Below are positions 50,894 to 61,100 of a stretch of DNA of 64,000 bases, piece by piece; position 1 is the stretch's first letter; each line of letters opens with the position of its first letter. The stretch spans positions 64,001 through 128,000 of the forward strand of contig CAWGLD010000003.1 of NCBI GenBank assembly GCA_963823335.1. Direction: 5' to 3'. Under the pieces are notes generated by a model. It did not search any database and was not told the origin of the DNA. It saw nothing but the letters and a program-made list of their open reading frames with translations. This stretch comes from an uncultured delta proteobacterium (lineage in GTDB: Bacteria; Desulfobacterota; Desulfobacteria; Desulfobacterales; B30-G6). A program made the translations under genes and the position numbers.

Positions 50894-51019
50894 ATTGTTC
50901 TACAAACCGCGTGCTAAGCACGCGGTTCCGAACCTAAACGTCCGGGGACGTGCCGTCTCCTGATCTTTTACCGCTTTGCGGAAAAATGAAAGCCACCCGT
51001 TTCACGGGTGGTCGTTTAC
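50894..51019 (-). repeat. Repeat family E (IS200/IS605-end-like multi-hairpin element), copy 1
   Basis: Aligns over ~126 nt with 61632-61758; terminal CCACCCGTGAAACGGGTGG hairpin. Confidence 0.8.
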
Positions 51020-51030
51020 TCGAAAATTCC

Positions 51031-51522
51031 ATGAGAAAAACGCCCTTCATTCAAATCAGATCGATTCTGTTGATTGTCTGGCTGGTCGTAATAATGTTCC
51101 CCGTCCCGGTTGCCGCCACCCAGGGGCACAGCGGTGTCGAAGGGGTGTACGTGCACCAGCTGGCGCATCTTTATTTCATTTTTTCCATGGGAACCCTGAT
51201 TTACTGGATACGCAGACGGGATCTGGTCCGTGAGAAAGGCTGGCGTTACATCCAGTATTCAGCCCTCTTTTTTATTCTGTGGAATATCGATGCATTTGCA
51301 GTGCATTTCCTCGATGAGCAGATCAGCGCCGCGGTGGTGACCAAGCAGGATCTTTTTCATATTCAAATATCCACCGACGAGGGCTTGGAGTGGATCAGAT
51401 ATTTCTATTATCTGGCCAAGCTGGACCATTTGCTCTGTGTTCCTGCCATGATTTTTCTTTATCTTGCACTTAAGAGCCTTCTGAGCGAATCTCCAACGGG
51501 CGATAAAAGGAGCCTGTCGTGA
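51031..51522 (+). CDS. Hypothetical membrane protein coupled to the histidine kinase
   Basis: Signal-like N-terminus plus about 3 TM helices with His residues; GTGA overlap with the kinase start. Confidence 0.72.
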   Translation: MRKTPFIQIRSILLIVWLVVIMFPVPVAATQGHSGVEGVYVHQLAHLYFIFSMGTLIYWIRRRDLVREKGWRYIQYSALFFILWNIDAFAVHFLDEQISAAVVTKQDLFHIQISTDEGLEWIRYFYYLAKLDHLLCVPAMIFLYLALKSLLSESPTGDKRSLS

Positions 51523-53039
51523 ATGTGTTTCCTTTTTTACCTGTCGTTCTGGTGGACATGGCCGGTTCTTTTCTGATGATCGTCTTGTCGATAATGTGCG
51601 TTCATCTGTCTCGGAAACTCAGGAGACGTGATACGGGAAACATTTTATGGAACTTTCTTCAGTACGTCAGTTATGCCTTGATGGTGTTCGCTGTTTCCCG
51701 CTCGGCCGGGCACATCCTCAAACAGGTATTGGTTCTGTATTCTTATCAACACATATGGCAGAAAATCAGTCCGTTCAGCGGTGCCATCAATACGTTCACC
51801 TTTATTGTGGTGGGCTCTTTCACGCTGTTTTTTGAAAGAACCTGGAGTATCTATCAGAAAATTGCCGAAGATAAACAGGCCCTGGTGTCCGCTCATGCGG
51901 AGTTGTTGTATCTCAACCAGAAGCTTGAAAAATTAGCTGACATTAGAACCCGGGAACTAGTTCGTTCGGATCAGAAATACCGCCGGATATTTGAGGTATC
52001 AAAGGATACGATCCTGGTAACGAAAAAAGACGGCATGATCCTGAATCTGAATCCCTCGGGATACAAACTGCTAGGTCTTGATGGAAATCGGGAAGATGGA
52101 ACACTGCAGGAGAAGTATTTTCAAGATTGGCTGGCCATGGATGATGCTTGGAAAAGACTTTCTCAGGCCATCGCTGATGAAGGTTTTATCGAAGGTGAAG
52201 AGCTCGATTTGAGGGTCGGTAAGGGGCAATCGAAAAAGGTTCTGCTGAGCGCCAGTGTGGCAGAGGCTTCTATGGAGGATGGGGAGACCATTCATTTTCT
52301 GATAAAGGATATCGAACGGCAGCACCAGATGAAAGAACAAATGATGCAAGCGGACAAACTTGCATCGATCGGTGAACTGTCATCCGGGATCGCCCATGAA
52401 ATAAACAACCCCCTGAATGTGATTCTTGGTTATACCCAGTTGCTGTTGCGTAGCGAAGTCAAAGCGTCCGATCGCCATGCCGATCTCAAAACCATTGAAA
52501 AACACGTCAGAAACTGCAAATCAATTGTAGAGGATTTATTGAGTTTTGCCAGGAAATCGAAAACGAGAAAAGACAGGGTTCATATCGAGAGCATTGTTGA
52601 GAATGTTATTAAGTTTGTCCAGCAGCATTCAAATTTTGAAGACATTAGGATGGAAGGTACCTACGATCGAAACATACCGCCGATGATGCTCGATGAAAAG
52701 AAAATCAAACAGGTTCTGATAAACCTGCTAATGAACGCGATTCACGCGGTGGACCGCAAGGGATGCATACGAATATCCACTGAATTGGACGTGGATTCGA
52801 ACAGGATATTTGTCCAGATTTCCGACGACGGATATGGTATCGAAAAAAATAACATATCGAAGATTTTTGACCCCTTTTTCACGACCAAGCCCACCGGAGA
52901 GGGCACAGGATTGGGGCTGTCGGTGAGCTATGGCATCATCAAGGATCATGGCGGAGATATCCTCGTGGATAGTGAACCGGGAAAAGGTTCGATCTTTACG
53001 ATTGTGCTGCCCATGGAAGGAAAGGATCAAGGGAGATAG
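51519..53039 (+). CDS. Membrane-bound PAS sensor histidine kinase (NtrB-like)
   Basis: 3 TM helices, PAS domain, IAHEINNPL, NLLMNA, DDGYG, FDPFFTTK, GTGLGL. Confidence 0.93.
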   Translation: MNVFPFLPVVLVDMAGSFLMIVLSIMCVHLSRKLRRRDTGNILWNFLQYVSYALMVFAVSRSAGHILKQVLVLYSYQHIWQKISPFSGAINTFTFIVVGSFTLFFERTWSIYQKIAEDKQALVSAHAELLYLNQKLEKLADIRTRELVRSDQKYRRIFEVSKDTILVTKKDGMILNLNPSGYKLLGLDGNREDGTLQEKYFQDWLAMDDAWKRLSQAIADEGFIEGEELDLRVGKGQSKKVLLSASVAEASMEDGETIHFLIKDIERQHQMKEQMMQADKLASIGELSSGIAHEINNPLNVILGYTQLLLRSEVKASDRHADLKTIEKHVRNCKSIVEDLLSFARKSKTRKDRVHIESIVENVIKFVQQHSNFEDIRMEGTYDRNIPPMMLDEKKIKQVLINLLMNAIHAVDRKGCIRISTELDVDSNRIFVQISDDGYGIEKNNISKIFDPFFTTKPTGEGTGLGLSVSYGIIKDHGGDILVDSEPGKGSIFTIVLPMEGKDQGR

Positions 53040-53042
53040 TCG

Positions 53043-54458
53043 ATGGTTGGAAATATACTTGTAGTAGATGACGAGCTGGACATGCTTGCCCTCCTGAAGA
53101 GGAGTTTGGCACCTGATCTGGACTGTCATGTGGATACTGCATCATCTGCAGACACGGCCCTGGAAATGATCGAAAGTGCATCATACGATCTGATTCTGGT
53201 GGATATTAAAATGCCGGGTATGAGCGGCCTGAAACTTCTTGAAATCATGAAGCGCAAAAGACCCGAACTCACCGCGGTCATGATGACCGCCTATGGCCAT
53301 ATCGATATGGCGGTTGAGGCCATGAAGTTCGGTGCCTATGATTTTATCACCAAGCCCTTTGAGCACGAAACCCTGATCATCCGCTTGCAGAAGGCCCTCG
53401 AGAGGAGTCGCCTTCTCAGGGAAAATCTCAGACTTCAGCAGCAATGCATGGGCGGTGACACGTTTCAGAACCTGGTGGGCAAGAGTCCCAAGATGCAACG
53501 GGTATACGAAACGATTCAGATGGTGTCCAAAACGGATTTGACGGTGCTGATCACCGGTGAATCCGGGACCGGCAAGGATATTGCGGCCAGGGCGGTCCAT
53601 GCCTTGAGCGATCGGTGCAAGCAGCCGTTTGTTGCCGTAAACTGCCCGACAGTCCCGGAAAATATTCTGGAAAGTGAGCTTTTTGGCTACAGAAAGGGTG
53701 CTTTTACCCATGCCACCCAGGATAGAAAAGGAATGTTTCAGACGGCTCAAACCGGAACCATATTTCTCGATGAAATTGGCGATATCAACCCGACCATTCA
53801 AACCAAACTACTTCGCGTACTGCAGGAAAAGGAAATCAAACCGCTCGGCGATTCACGGACCATAAAAGTGGATGTCCGCATTGTCGCTTCCACGAATCAG
53901 CACCTGGAAGAGAAGATCAGAAGAGGGGAGTTCAGAGAGGATTTTTTCTATCGTTTGAATGTACTTCCTATCAAGATGCCGGCACTGAGAGAACACCCGG
54001 AAGATATTCCCCTTATCGCCAGCCATCTTCTGGAAAAGCACTGCCGGAAACTGAAAAAGCCTTTGAGAAAACTGTCACCCGAACTCATCAATATCTTTCG
54101 GACCATGCATTGGGAGGGCAATGTCAGAGAGATGGAAAATCTGATCATGCAGGGCATATTATTTTCCTCCTCCGACGAGATCAAACTCCAGGAAATCGAT
54201 ATCGACGGCGTCATTCAACCAGCTTCGATGGTTACCCACAGTTATAGAGAGCTGTCTTACAAAGAAGCCAAGGAAAAAACGCTGAAGGATTTCAATGATG
54301 CCTATATCGGCAGTATTTTGAAAGAAAGTGATGGTAATGTCACCCAGGCAGCAAAACGATGTGGTATGGAACGGCAAACACTTCAGCAGATTATGAGACG
54401 TTACGGGATCAGGGGTTCGGAGTTTAGAAATGATCCCAATGGCGATCAAATGCCATGA
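53043..54458 (+). CDS. Sigma-54-dependent response regulator (NtrC-like)
   Basis: Receiver DD/DIKMP, GESGTGKD, ESELFG, GAFTHA, FLDEIG, C-terminal HTH. Confidence 0.95.
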   Translation: MVGNILVVDDELDMLALLKRSLAPDLDCHVDTASSADTALEMIESASYDLILVDIKMPGMSGLKLLEIMKRKRPELTAVMMTAYGHIDMAVEAMKFGAYDFITKPFEHETLIIRLQKALERSRLLRENLRLQQQCMGGDTFQNLVGKSPKMQRVYETIQMVSKTDLTVLITGESGTGKDIAARAVHALSDRCKQPFVAVNCPTVPENILESELFGYRKGAFTHATQDRKGMFQTAQTGTIFLDEIGDINPTIQTKLLRVLQEKEIKPLGDSRTIKVDVRIVASTNQHLEEKIRRGEFREDFFYRLNVLPIKMPALREHPEDIPLIASHLLEKHCRKLKKPLRKLSPELINIFRTMHWEGNVREMENLIMQGILFSSSDEIKLQEIDIDGVIQPASMVTHSYRELSYKEAKEKTLKDFNDAYIGSILKESDGNVTQAAKRCGMERQTLQQIMRRYGIRGSEFRNDPNGDQMP

Positions 54459-54564
54459 GCTGTTTTTTCGTCATTGAAAACCTGGTCTTTTGGGTCAGGT
54501 CAGAGATGTTGGCTATGCCGATGGCGGTAGTTACTCCTGGGATAAATAGGGTATCTAAGATATC

Positions 54565-55317
54565 ATGTCACTCACGCTGCTTTTGGTAGTCATATTTTGT
54601 GCTTCCTTTGTCTTGACCATGGTGGGCCTGGGCGGGGGGCTTGTATTTTCACCCCTGTTTATTCTGTTAGGATTTCCAGTGACAACCGCGGTATCGGCAT
54701 CCCTTTTCTTAAACGGTATTGCCGCACTTTCCGCCGCCGTTACCTACTTTCGTAAAAAGATGGTCGATGTAAAAACGGCTCTCCCTCTACTCGTAACATC
54801 GACCCTTGCGGCGCCGTTCGGCGCAATGCTGACCAACGTCATCAACATCAAGGTTTTTTCCGGAATACTGGCCCTGGTAATATTGCTTGCCGCCATACGC
54901 ATGGTATTTTCCGGAAAAACCGAGACCAAGGAGACGGAAGCAGGTGTAAAGAGCAGGGTCATCGGCGGCGGCGCGATTGGAATTGCCGTGGGGTTCATGG
55001 CCGGGTTGCTGGGTATCGGCGGCGGCGTCTTTATCGTGCCGCTGCTAATATATATGCTCAGGATGCCTGCCAAAACCGCCGCAGCAACGTCTATTTTCAT
55101 TGTCGTATTTTCTTCTTTTTCCGGCTTTGTGACCCATATCTCTCTTGCAGGCACAAACTGGAAATTTATCGTGCTTGCGGCTATTTTTTCATTTGCCGGA
55201 GGGCACTTCGGTTCACGGATCATGTCCGAAAAACTTAAGGGAAGGGGAATTCGTCGAATTTTCGGTATTTTTCTATTCTTGTTTTTTTTAAAATTGATGC
55301 ACAAGGCTCTGCTGTGA
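54565..55317 (+). CDS. TauE/SafE-family transporter (short form)
   Basis: GLGGGLVFSP and GLLGIGGGVFIVP repeats. Confidence 0.9.
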   Translation: MSLTLLLVVIFCASFVLTMVGLGGGLVFSPLFILLGFPVTTAVSASLFLNGIAALSAAVTYFRKKMVDVKTALPLLVTSTLAAPFGAMLTNVINIKVFSGILALVILLAAIRMVFSGKTETKETEAGVKSRVIGGGAIGIAVGFMAGLLGIGGGVFIVPLLIYMLRMPAKTAAATSIFIVVFSSFSGFVTHISLAGTNWKFIVLAAIFSFAGGHFGSRIMSEKLKGRGIRRIFGIFLFLFFLKLMHKALL

Positions 55318-55501
55318 ACCCAATTCAGTAGCTATGTGCTGTTTGCCGTCACCCGCCGAAGCGTTAGTCGAAAGCCAAACGGAATCAGTGCCGGGCCCTC
55401 TGGACCGGGGTATCTGCTAGAAACAGCTATCGATCACATACAGCTGGGCTGCTTCTGAGGCACCCACTTTGTTCGGGTTGAGTGTTTCCGAAAACTGTGC
55501 A

Positions 55502-57226
55502 CTAGGGGGATTGGGCATCACTGAGCACCAGCTGAATGGACTTATTGCCATTCCATTGATTCCATTGAAGGTGGTAGGCAATTTTTAAGAAATGGTTCCG
55601 GTTGATGTATTGCGGGTCCATATTGAATGCAATGGCCCACAGCGCCTTGGTGCTTTTTTCAGTGGAGGATGACAAAAGCATGCGCCTGTGGGTGCTGCCA
55701 ACGATTTTCGATGTATGAACATACACATCGTTGGCCAGGAAAACGGGTTCGGAATTCTGGACGCCGAAGGGACCCAGAGAAGTGATCTCATCAACAAGTT
55801 TAGGTGTAATATCAGATAGCTCCAGTACATAATCGATGGTCGTTTTTGCTAAGAAGTCCTCGGGTGAAGCTGTCCGGCCGATCTCCTGGTGCAAACAATC
55901 CCCAAAAGGTTCTATCTGGTCAGCCGGGAGCTGTAATCCTGCTGCCATGGGGTGGCCGCCGAAGCCATGCAGCATATGCGCACAGGCTGTCAGAGCGGAC
56001 CGGATGTCGACACCGGGAATACTGCGGGCAGAACCTTTTCCCAGACCTTTTTTTACGGATATGAGAATGGCCGGCTTGGAATATAGTCGGGTCAGCCGGG
56101 CAGCGACAATACCTATCACGCCCTCATGCCAGTCCGGGCTTGAAAAAACCATGCAGTTCCTTTGTGCAAGGCTCGGATCTCTGTCCAGTCGTGCTGAAAT
56201 ATCGGCCAGAACGCTTTCTTCTTCCTGCTGCCTTCGGGAATTGAACTCACTGAGCAGCGCTGCATCCTGTCTGGCTTTTTCAGGGTTAGGGGTCATCAGG
56301 AGTCGCGCCGCGATTCCGGCATGGTCCATTCTGCCGGCCGCATTGATGCGAGGACCGAATCGAAAGGAAATATCCTGTGCATCGATATGGCGGTGATCGA
56401 CGCCGCAGGTATCTGCCAGAGCTTTGATACCGGGTCTGTGGGCCGATCTGAGAATTTCGATTCCTGTACATGTCAAAATACGATTCTCATTTACCAGGGG
56501 CACCATATCGGATACCGTTCCCAGGGCTACGAGGTCGCAGCTTTTTTTTAGATTGGGTTCTTTTCTTTTTTGGAAAAACCCCTGGTCGCGAAGGTGTTTT
56601 CGCAGAGCCAGGGCCAGATAAAAAGCGAGCCCCACACCGGACAGCTTTTCCAGACTGGATTGACAGTCGTCTCTTTTGGGGTTGATAACAGCCAGTGCGT
56701 CAGGCAATTGTGAAGGAATGTCGTGATGATCCGTGATAATAACGGCAATATCCTTTTCCTTGGCCAGAGACACGGCTTCATGACTTGACACACCGCAATC
56801 CACGGTTATGATAAGCTTTACTCCTCCCGGGATGGCGATATTTGTGATGTGAGATGCCTTCAGACCATATCCTTCGGTGACGCGGTGCGGAATATAACAG
56901 GAGATCTCTGCATTTATTTCTTTGAGGAATTGATACAACAGGGTTGTGGCTGTCACACCATCCACGTCATAATCCCCAAAAATGAGAATCTTCTCTTTAT
57001 GCAGTAGGGCAGTGCTGATGCGTGCCACTGCCTCGGTCATACCGGTCATTTCAAAGGGCGGACTCAGGTGGTGCAGGGATGGCTTTATAAAAGCCTGGAT
57101 GTCTTTTTCGAAAACCAGTCCCCGTTGAACCAATATTGCCGCTGTTGCAGGATGACAGCCCAAAAAGGCGATTACCCGTGCTGCCGCTTCAGTATCTGTT
57201 GTTTGAATCTCCCAGGTCTTCTGCAT
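55502..57226 (-). CDS. recJ: Single-stranded DNA exonuclease RecJ
   Basis: GDYDVDG, EGYG, TVDCG, TDHH, GPRINAAGR, GSARS, GGHPMAAG. Confidence 0.96.
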   Translation of the reverse strand: MQKTWEIQTTDTEAAARVIAFLGCHPATAAILVQRGLVFEKDIQAFIKPSLHHLSPPFEMTGMTEAVARISTALLHKEKILIFGDYDVDGVTATTLLYQFLKEINAEISCYIPHRVTEGYGLKASHITNIAIPGGVKLIITVDCGVSSHEAVSLAKEKDIAVIITDHHDIPSQLPDALAVINPKRDDCQSSLEKLSGVGLAFYLALALRKHLRDQGFFQKRKEPNLKKSCDLVALGTVSDMVPLVNENRILTCTGIEILRSAHRPGIKALADTCGVDHRHIDAQDISFRFGPRINAAGRMDHAGIAARLLMTPNPEKARQDAALLSEFNSRRQQEEESVLADISARLDRDPSLAQRNCMVFSSPDWHEGVIGIVAARLTRLYSKPAILISVKKGLGKGSARSIPGVDIRSALTACAHMLHGFGGHPMAAGLQLPADQIEPFGDCLHQEIGRTASPEDFLAKTTIDYVLELSDITPKLVDEITSLGPFGVQNSEPVFLANDVYVHTSKIVGSTHRRMLLSSSTEKSTKALWAIAFNMDPQYINRNHFLKIAYHLQWNQWNGNKSIQLVLSDAQSP

Positions 57227-57416
57227 GCAGCAGGCTATATCACAAGAAGCGTTGAGACGCCATCCATAAGGAAATCTGCTATTGCAAAAAAAGAGAGGAT
57301 GATGATAATCTAACTCAAGTTTCGGGGTTCAGGGAACGTGAAAGGAATAATCCCCTGGCGCTTTACGAACTTGCCGAAAGGGCTCCTAACATCAGCGCTG
57401 GCCATAAAGTTAAACA

Positions 57417-57472
57417 GGTTTCGATAAAAAAGCGACAAGGTCGCGTCACATAAAATCGTGAAACGATTTTAT
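57417..57472 (+). repeat. Repeat family D copy
   Basis: AAAAAAGCGACAAGGTCGCGTCACATAAAATCGTGAAACGATTTTAT, ending just before the ATG at 57474. Confidence 0.75.
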
Positions 57473-57473
57473 T

Positions 57474-57689
57474 ATGGAATCAACGATTCAATATTACAGG
57501 GTAGACAGAAGACAAATCGGCTTTCTGAAGTTTATTCTTGAGGCCTGTGACGGAATTGTGACCATGTCAACGAAGGATGCAGCGCTTGGCTTGGTTTCCT
57601 TTCAGATCCCACCGGGATGCGAAGGAGAAGTGGCAGGTATCGTGAAAGACCTGCAGAAGGATGTATTCATGGAACCACATGTTAAATGA
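57474..57689 (+). CDS. Small conserved protein (DUF4911-like)
   Basis: IGFLKFILEACDG motif; ATGA overlap with miaB. Confidence 0.75.
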   Translation: MESTIQYYRVDRRQIGFLKFILEACDGIVTMSTKDAALGLVSFQIPPGCEGEVAGIVKDLQKDVFMEPHVK

Positions 57690-59107
57690 AGAATAAAAAA
57701 CTCTATATAAACACCATCGGGTGTCAGATGAATGTCTATGACTCGGAACAGATCGTGGAGCGCTTGCATCGGATTGGATATGTTACGGAAACGCGGGTCG
57801 AGGAAGCCGACCTGGTCATCATAAACACCTGCTCCATAAGGGAAAAAGCAGAGCAGAAAGCCTTCAGTTTTCTGGGCCGTCTTGCCAAAATGAAACATGA
57901 TAAACCCCGCTTGATGGTAGGTGTCTGCGGATGTGTGGCCCAGCAGGAAGGGCAAAAGATTATCCAGCGAATGCCGCATGTGGATTTTGTCCTGGGTACC
58001 CAGGCCATCGAACGCCTGCCCGCTACAATTGAAAAAATCGAGAAGCATCGCTGTCGAATTGTCGATGTGAACATGTCTCAGGAGATCCAGGGAGCCGCGG
58101 ATTTTTCAGCCCCCACAAGAACCCGGGAGATTTCGCGATTTGTGACCATTATGCGCGGGTGTGATAATTATTGTACCTATTGTGTCGTGCCTTATGTTCG
58201 GGGAAGGGAAACGAGTCGGGAACCTGAGAATATTATTAATGAAATCAGGTCGCTCGTTGCAAGTGGTGTCCGGGAAATTACCCTTTTGGGACAAAACGTC
58301 AACAGCTATGGACAAAAACAGGATCTGTGTGATTTCCCGACACTCTTACGGAAGATCAATGGGGTAGAGGGTCTGTTTCGTCTTCGATTCACCACATCGC
58401 ATCCCAAGGATTTATCGGATGATCTGATCGCCGCATTCCAATCGATGGAAAAACTCTGTCATCACATCCATCTGCCTGTGCAATCAGGTTCCAATGACGT
58501 GTTGGCACGAATGAATAGGCGCTATACCCGCGAAAAGTATCTGGAGATGGTTGCAAAGCTCAGAGCAGCATGCCCGGAAATCGCCATTACATCCGATATT
58601 ATCGTAGGGTTTCCGGGTGAAACCAGAACGGATTTTGAGCAGACCAAAGCGCTTATCGAGCAGGTTGAATTCGACAGCCTGTTTGCTTTCATCTATTCAG
58701 ATCGACCCAATGCACCCTCCGGACGCTTTAAGAAAAAAGTTATAGAGGAAGAAAAAAAACAGCGTCTCCAGGAAGTGTTTGATCTTCAGGCAGACATCAC
58801 TCAAAAAATTCATGCCCGTCTGAAGGGGACCGTACAGGACGTTCTTGTGGAAGGTTACAGTAAACAACAGGCCGGTGAAAATCGGGCTATAGCTCCCGAA
58901 GCTGTTCAATGGACCGGCAGAACCAGCGGTAATAAAATCGTTAATTTTTTTCAGAACTCTGTATCACGCATTGACACGGGTATTGCGGTAGGAGAGATGG
59001 TCCGTGTAAGGATTGAAAAAACATTTCCCCATTCATTGTGGGGCAGTGTGGTCACATCCGATTCAGGACACACCCTCGTCAAAGGAGAAGAAAGTTATGC
59101 TGCATAA
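57686..59107 (+). CDS. miaB: tRNA ms2i6A37 methylthiotransferase
   Basis: GCQMNVYDS, NTCSIREKA, IMRGCDNYCTYCVVP, LLGQNVNSYG, FTTSHPKD, TRAM domain. Confidence 0.96.
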   Translation: MKNKKLYINTIGCQMNVYDSEQIVERLHRIGYVTETRVEEADLVIINTCSIREKAEQKAFSFLGRLAKMKHDKPRLMVGVCGCVAQQEGQKIIQRMPHVDFVLGTQAIERLPATIEKIEKHRCRIVDVNMSQEIQGAADFSAPTRTREISRFVTIMRGCDNYCTYCVVPYVRGRETSREPENIINEIRSLVASGVREITLLGQNVNSYGQKQDLCDFPTLLRKINGVEGLFRLRFTTSHPKDLSDDLIAAFQSMEKLCHHIHLPVQSGSNDVLARMNRRYTREKYLEMVAKLRAACPEIAITSDIIVGFPGETRTDFEQTKALIEQVEFDSLFAFIYSDRPNAPSGRFKKKVIEEEKKQRLQEVFDLQADITQKIHARLKGTVQDVLVEGYSKQQAGENRAIAPEAVQWTGRTSGNKIVNFFQNSVSRIDTGIAVGEMVRVRIEKTFPHSLWGSVVTSDSGHTLVKGEESYAA

Positions 59108-59594
59108 AGTGACGATTGCAGGATTAACCATGGATCCAGCGTCCAATACGCCGATTATCATTTTAAAATCAGAAAAAGATGATCACGCGATTCCGATTTG
59201 GATCGGTCTGCTGGAGGCTACATCCATTGCATCGGCCCTCCAGAAGATCGAATTTGATCGCCCCATGACCCATGACCTGTTCAAAAATGTCGCCGACAGG
59301 TTCAAGGCGGATGTGACACGGATCGAAGTCTGTGATCTCAAAGAGAATACATTTTTCGCAAGAATCTACTTTGAATCCGGGGATATATCATTCGATATCG
59401 ATGCCAGACCCAGTGATGCCATTGCCATTGCGCTCCGGTTTGGGGCGCCCATCTATGTGGATGACAAGGTGGTGCAGCGCTCCAAAAGCGGTGAGGCCCA
59501 GCCAGAAGCATTAGACGAGAGCGAAGAGGGTAAAAAATGGGCTGAATATCTCAAAAACCTGTCCCCAGAGGAATTTGGAAAATATAAGGTATAA
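59097..59594 (+). CDS. Bifunctional nuclease family protein (DUF151)
   Basis: IPIWIGLLEA, RPMTHDL, DARPSDAIAIALR. Confidence 0.92.
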   Translation: MLHKVTIAGLTMDPASNTPIIILKSEKDDHAIPIWIGLLEATSIASALQKIEFDRPMTHDLFKNVADRFKADVTRIEVCDLKENTFFARIYFESGDISFDIDARPSDAIAIALRFGAPIYVDDKVVQRSKSGEAQPEALDESEEGKKWAEYLKNLSPEEFGKYKV

Positions 59595-59597
59595 AAA

Positions 59598-59822
59598 AAG
59601 GGTTCGAGGGTCCAAGGGGGATACAAGGGTTCGAGGGTGGCTGAGAGCTACTAGCGGAAAGCAGCATCCCAGCCTCCAAGCATCCTCGCTTCCCGGCATA
59701 CAAGGGTCCAAGGTTCTGGCCTGCAAGTTTCGGAACCGTCAGCCATTTGAAATTATTTAAACTTCACTCGAACCCTTGGATCCTCGACTCCTTGGACCCT
59801 TTCTCCCAACTATTTGGGAGAA
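59598..59822 (+). repeat. Repeat family C full composite with inverted octamer arms and a terminal hairpin
   Basis: GGGTTCGAGGGTCCAAGGG... left arm, CACTCGAACCCTTGGATCCTCGACTCCTTGGACCC right arm, TTCTCCCAA/TTGGGAGAA hairpin. Confidence 0.78.
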
Positions 59823-59826
59823 GAAT

Positions 59827-61026
59827 CTAATATTTAAACTTCCCATTCTCATAGATAACCATTTTCCGGCCATCTTTCAGATATGCTGTCACCTGTTTTT
59901 TCTCCGTATTCACAAGATCCCAGTGCAGGGCAGAGTCGTTGAAACCGAGTTTCGATTTGATTTTCCTGGTGAGTGTTGAGGTGTCACCGTCGTACGTGTC
60001 TGAATACGATGCGCCAAGGGCGATATGGCAGTTACCATAGGCCCCGCCGTAATTTTCGTCAAAAAGGGTGTTGGCCATGAACTGGTTGATTTTGGAGAAT
60101 CGTTTATCCGTTAGAGAGAACTCGCCGACCTTGTTGGCTCCCTGATCCATGGACAGCTGTTTTTTTATAAATTCGAGTCCCTTTTTTGCATTAATCTCAA
60201 TGGCTTTACCTTTTTGAAATCTTATCGTGATGTTTTTCACTAGATTCCCACTTCTATAAGACGGCTGATCTGCGTAGTAAACACCCCGGGTGCCCCGCCA
60301 ATCAGGCGACAGGAAGAGTTCAAAACTGGGTATGTTGTGGCCGGAGATGCCGATCCATTTTCTGCTTTCGCCTGGTGTAATCTCGAGATCCATATGTTGG
60401 GATTCGATATGATAGTGCTGGACCTGCATGCTGTTGAGCCACGCTTTAATTTCAGATGCGTTATGGAAGATGCGTTTCCATTCATCGATGGGTGACCGCC
60501 TGTTCAGAAAACAGCTTTTTATTATCTGGGCTGTATAGGCTTTCTGTGAGAGCCCGGCATGCCTGGCAAGCGCTTTTGTGGGAAACGCGCATAGTGTCCA
60601 GCTGAACAGTGCCTGCTCTTCTCTCTTTTCCAGTATGTCACGGATATACTTTCTGGCGATAGCCGCCTTGGCGATTTTGTTCGAATCTATGTGGCTTAAG
60701 TGGGTAATGGCTTCTGGCGCATGCAGGAAGATACTGCCGTTTAAATGTTGGTAGAGGGTTTTTTCACCGGGAGGCTGAAATACCAGCTGTTGAGGGTCGG
60801 AGAAATTAAAAAAATTCTGTTCCATTGTGGGTGTGGCATCTGCTCGCATTACCGGGTTCATGCCCATGTCTAGAAGTCGGGCGTGAAGCATCTCTGCAAG
60901 CTTTATTGCAGGCAGGTTATAGCGAACCAGAAAAATTTCTCCTTGATTCAGAGGTCCCTTGCGTGCCGTTTCCAGTCCCCACAGCAGCACTTCCGCATAG
61001 CGCTCAATTTGTGATTCTGTGAACAT
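59827..61026 (-). CDS. Aminopeptidase (M29 thermophilic metalloprotease family)
   Basis: NIPSFE, GEFSL, TLFDEN, HIALGASY, NDSALHWDLV. Confidence 0.9.
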   Translation of the reverse strand: MFTESQIERYAEVLLWGLETARKGPLNQGEIFLVRYNLPAIKLAEMLHARLLDMGMNPVMRADATPTMEQNFFNFSDPQQLVFQPPGEKTLYQHLNGSIFLHAPEAITHLSHIDSNKIAKAAIARKYIRDILEKREEQALFSWTLCAFPTKALARHAGLSQKAYTAQIIKSCFLNRRSPIDEWKRIFHNASEIKAWLNSMQVQHYHIESQHMDLEITPGESRKWIGISGHNIPSFELFLSPDWRGTRGVYYADQPSYRSGNLVKNITIRFQKGKAIEINAKKGLEFIKKQLSMDQGANKVGEFSLTDKRFSKINQFMANTLFDENYGGAYGNCHIALGASYSDTYDGDTSTLTRKIKSKLGFNDSALHWDLVNTEKKQVTAYLKDGRKMVIYENGKFKY

Positions 61027-61100
61027 GTTATACCTCATCTGTTATATTAAAAATTATATCATAAATGACTTATAATGTTATATTAAATATAATGTATAAA

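Noticed and set aside
55318-55501. GC-rich region between tauE and recJ as an ncRNA
   Set aside because: Only weak dyads, no second copy in the window and no recognisable RNA family motif
7712-59107. Window-wide clustering of sulfur-handling genes (mnmA, mtaB, miaB, MoaD/ThiF, rhodanese, tauE) as one island
   Set aside because: They are separated by unrelated housekeeping genes and are expected in a sulfur-metabolising anaerobe
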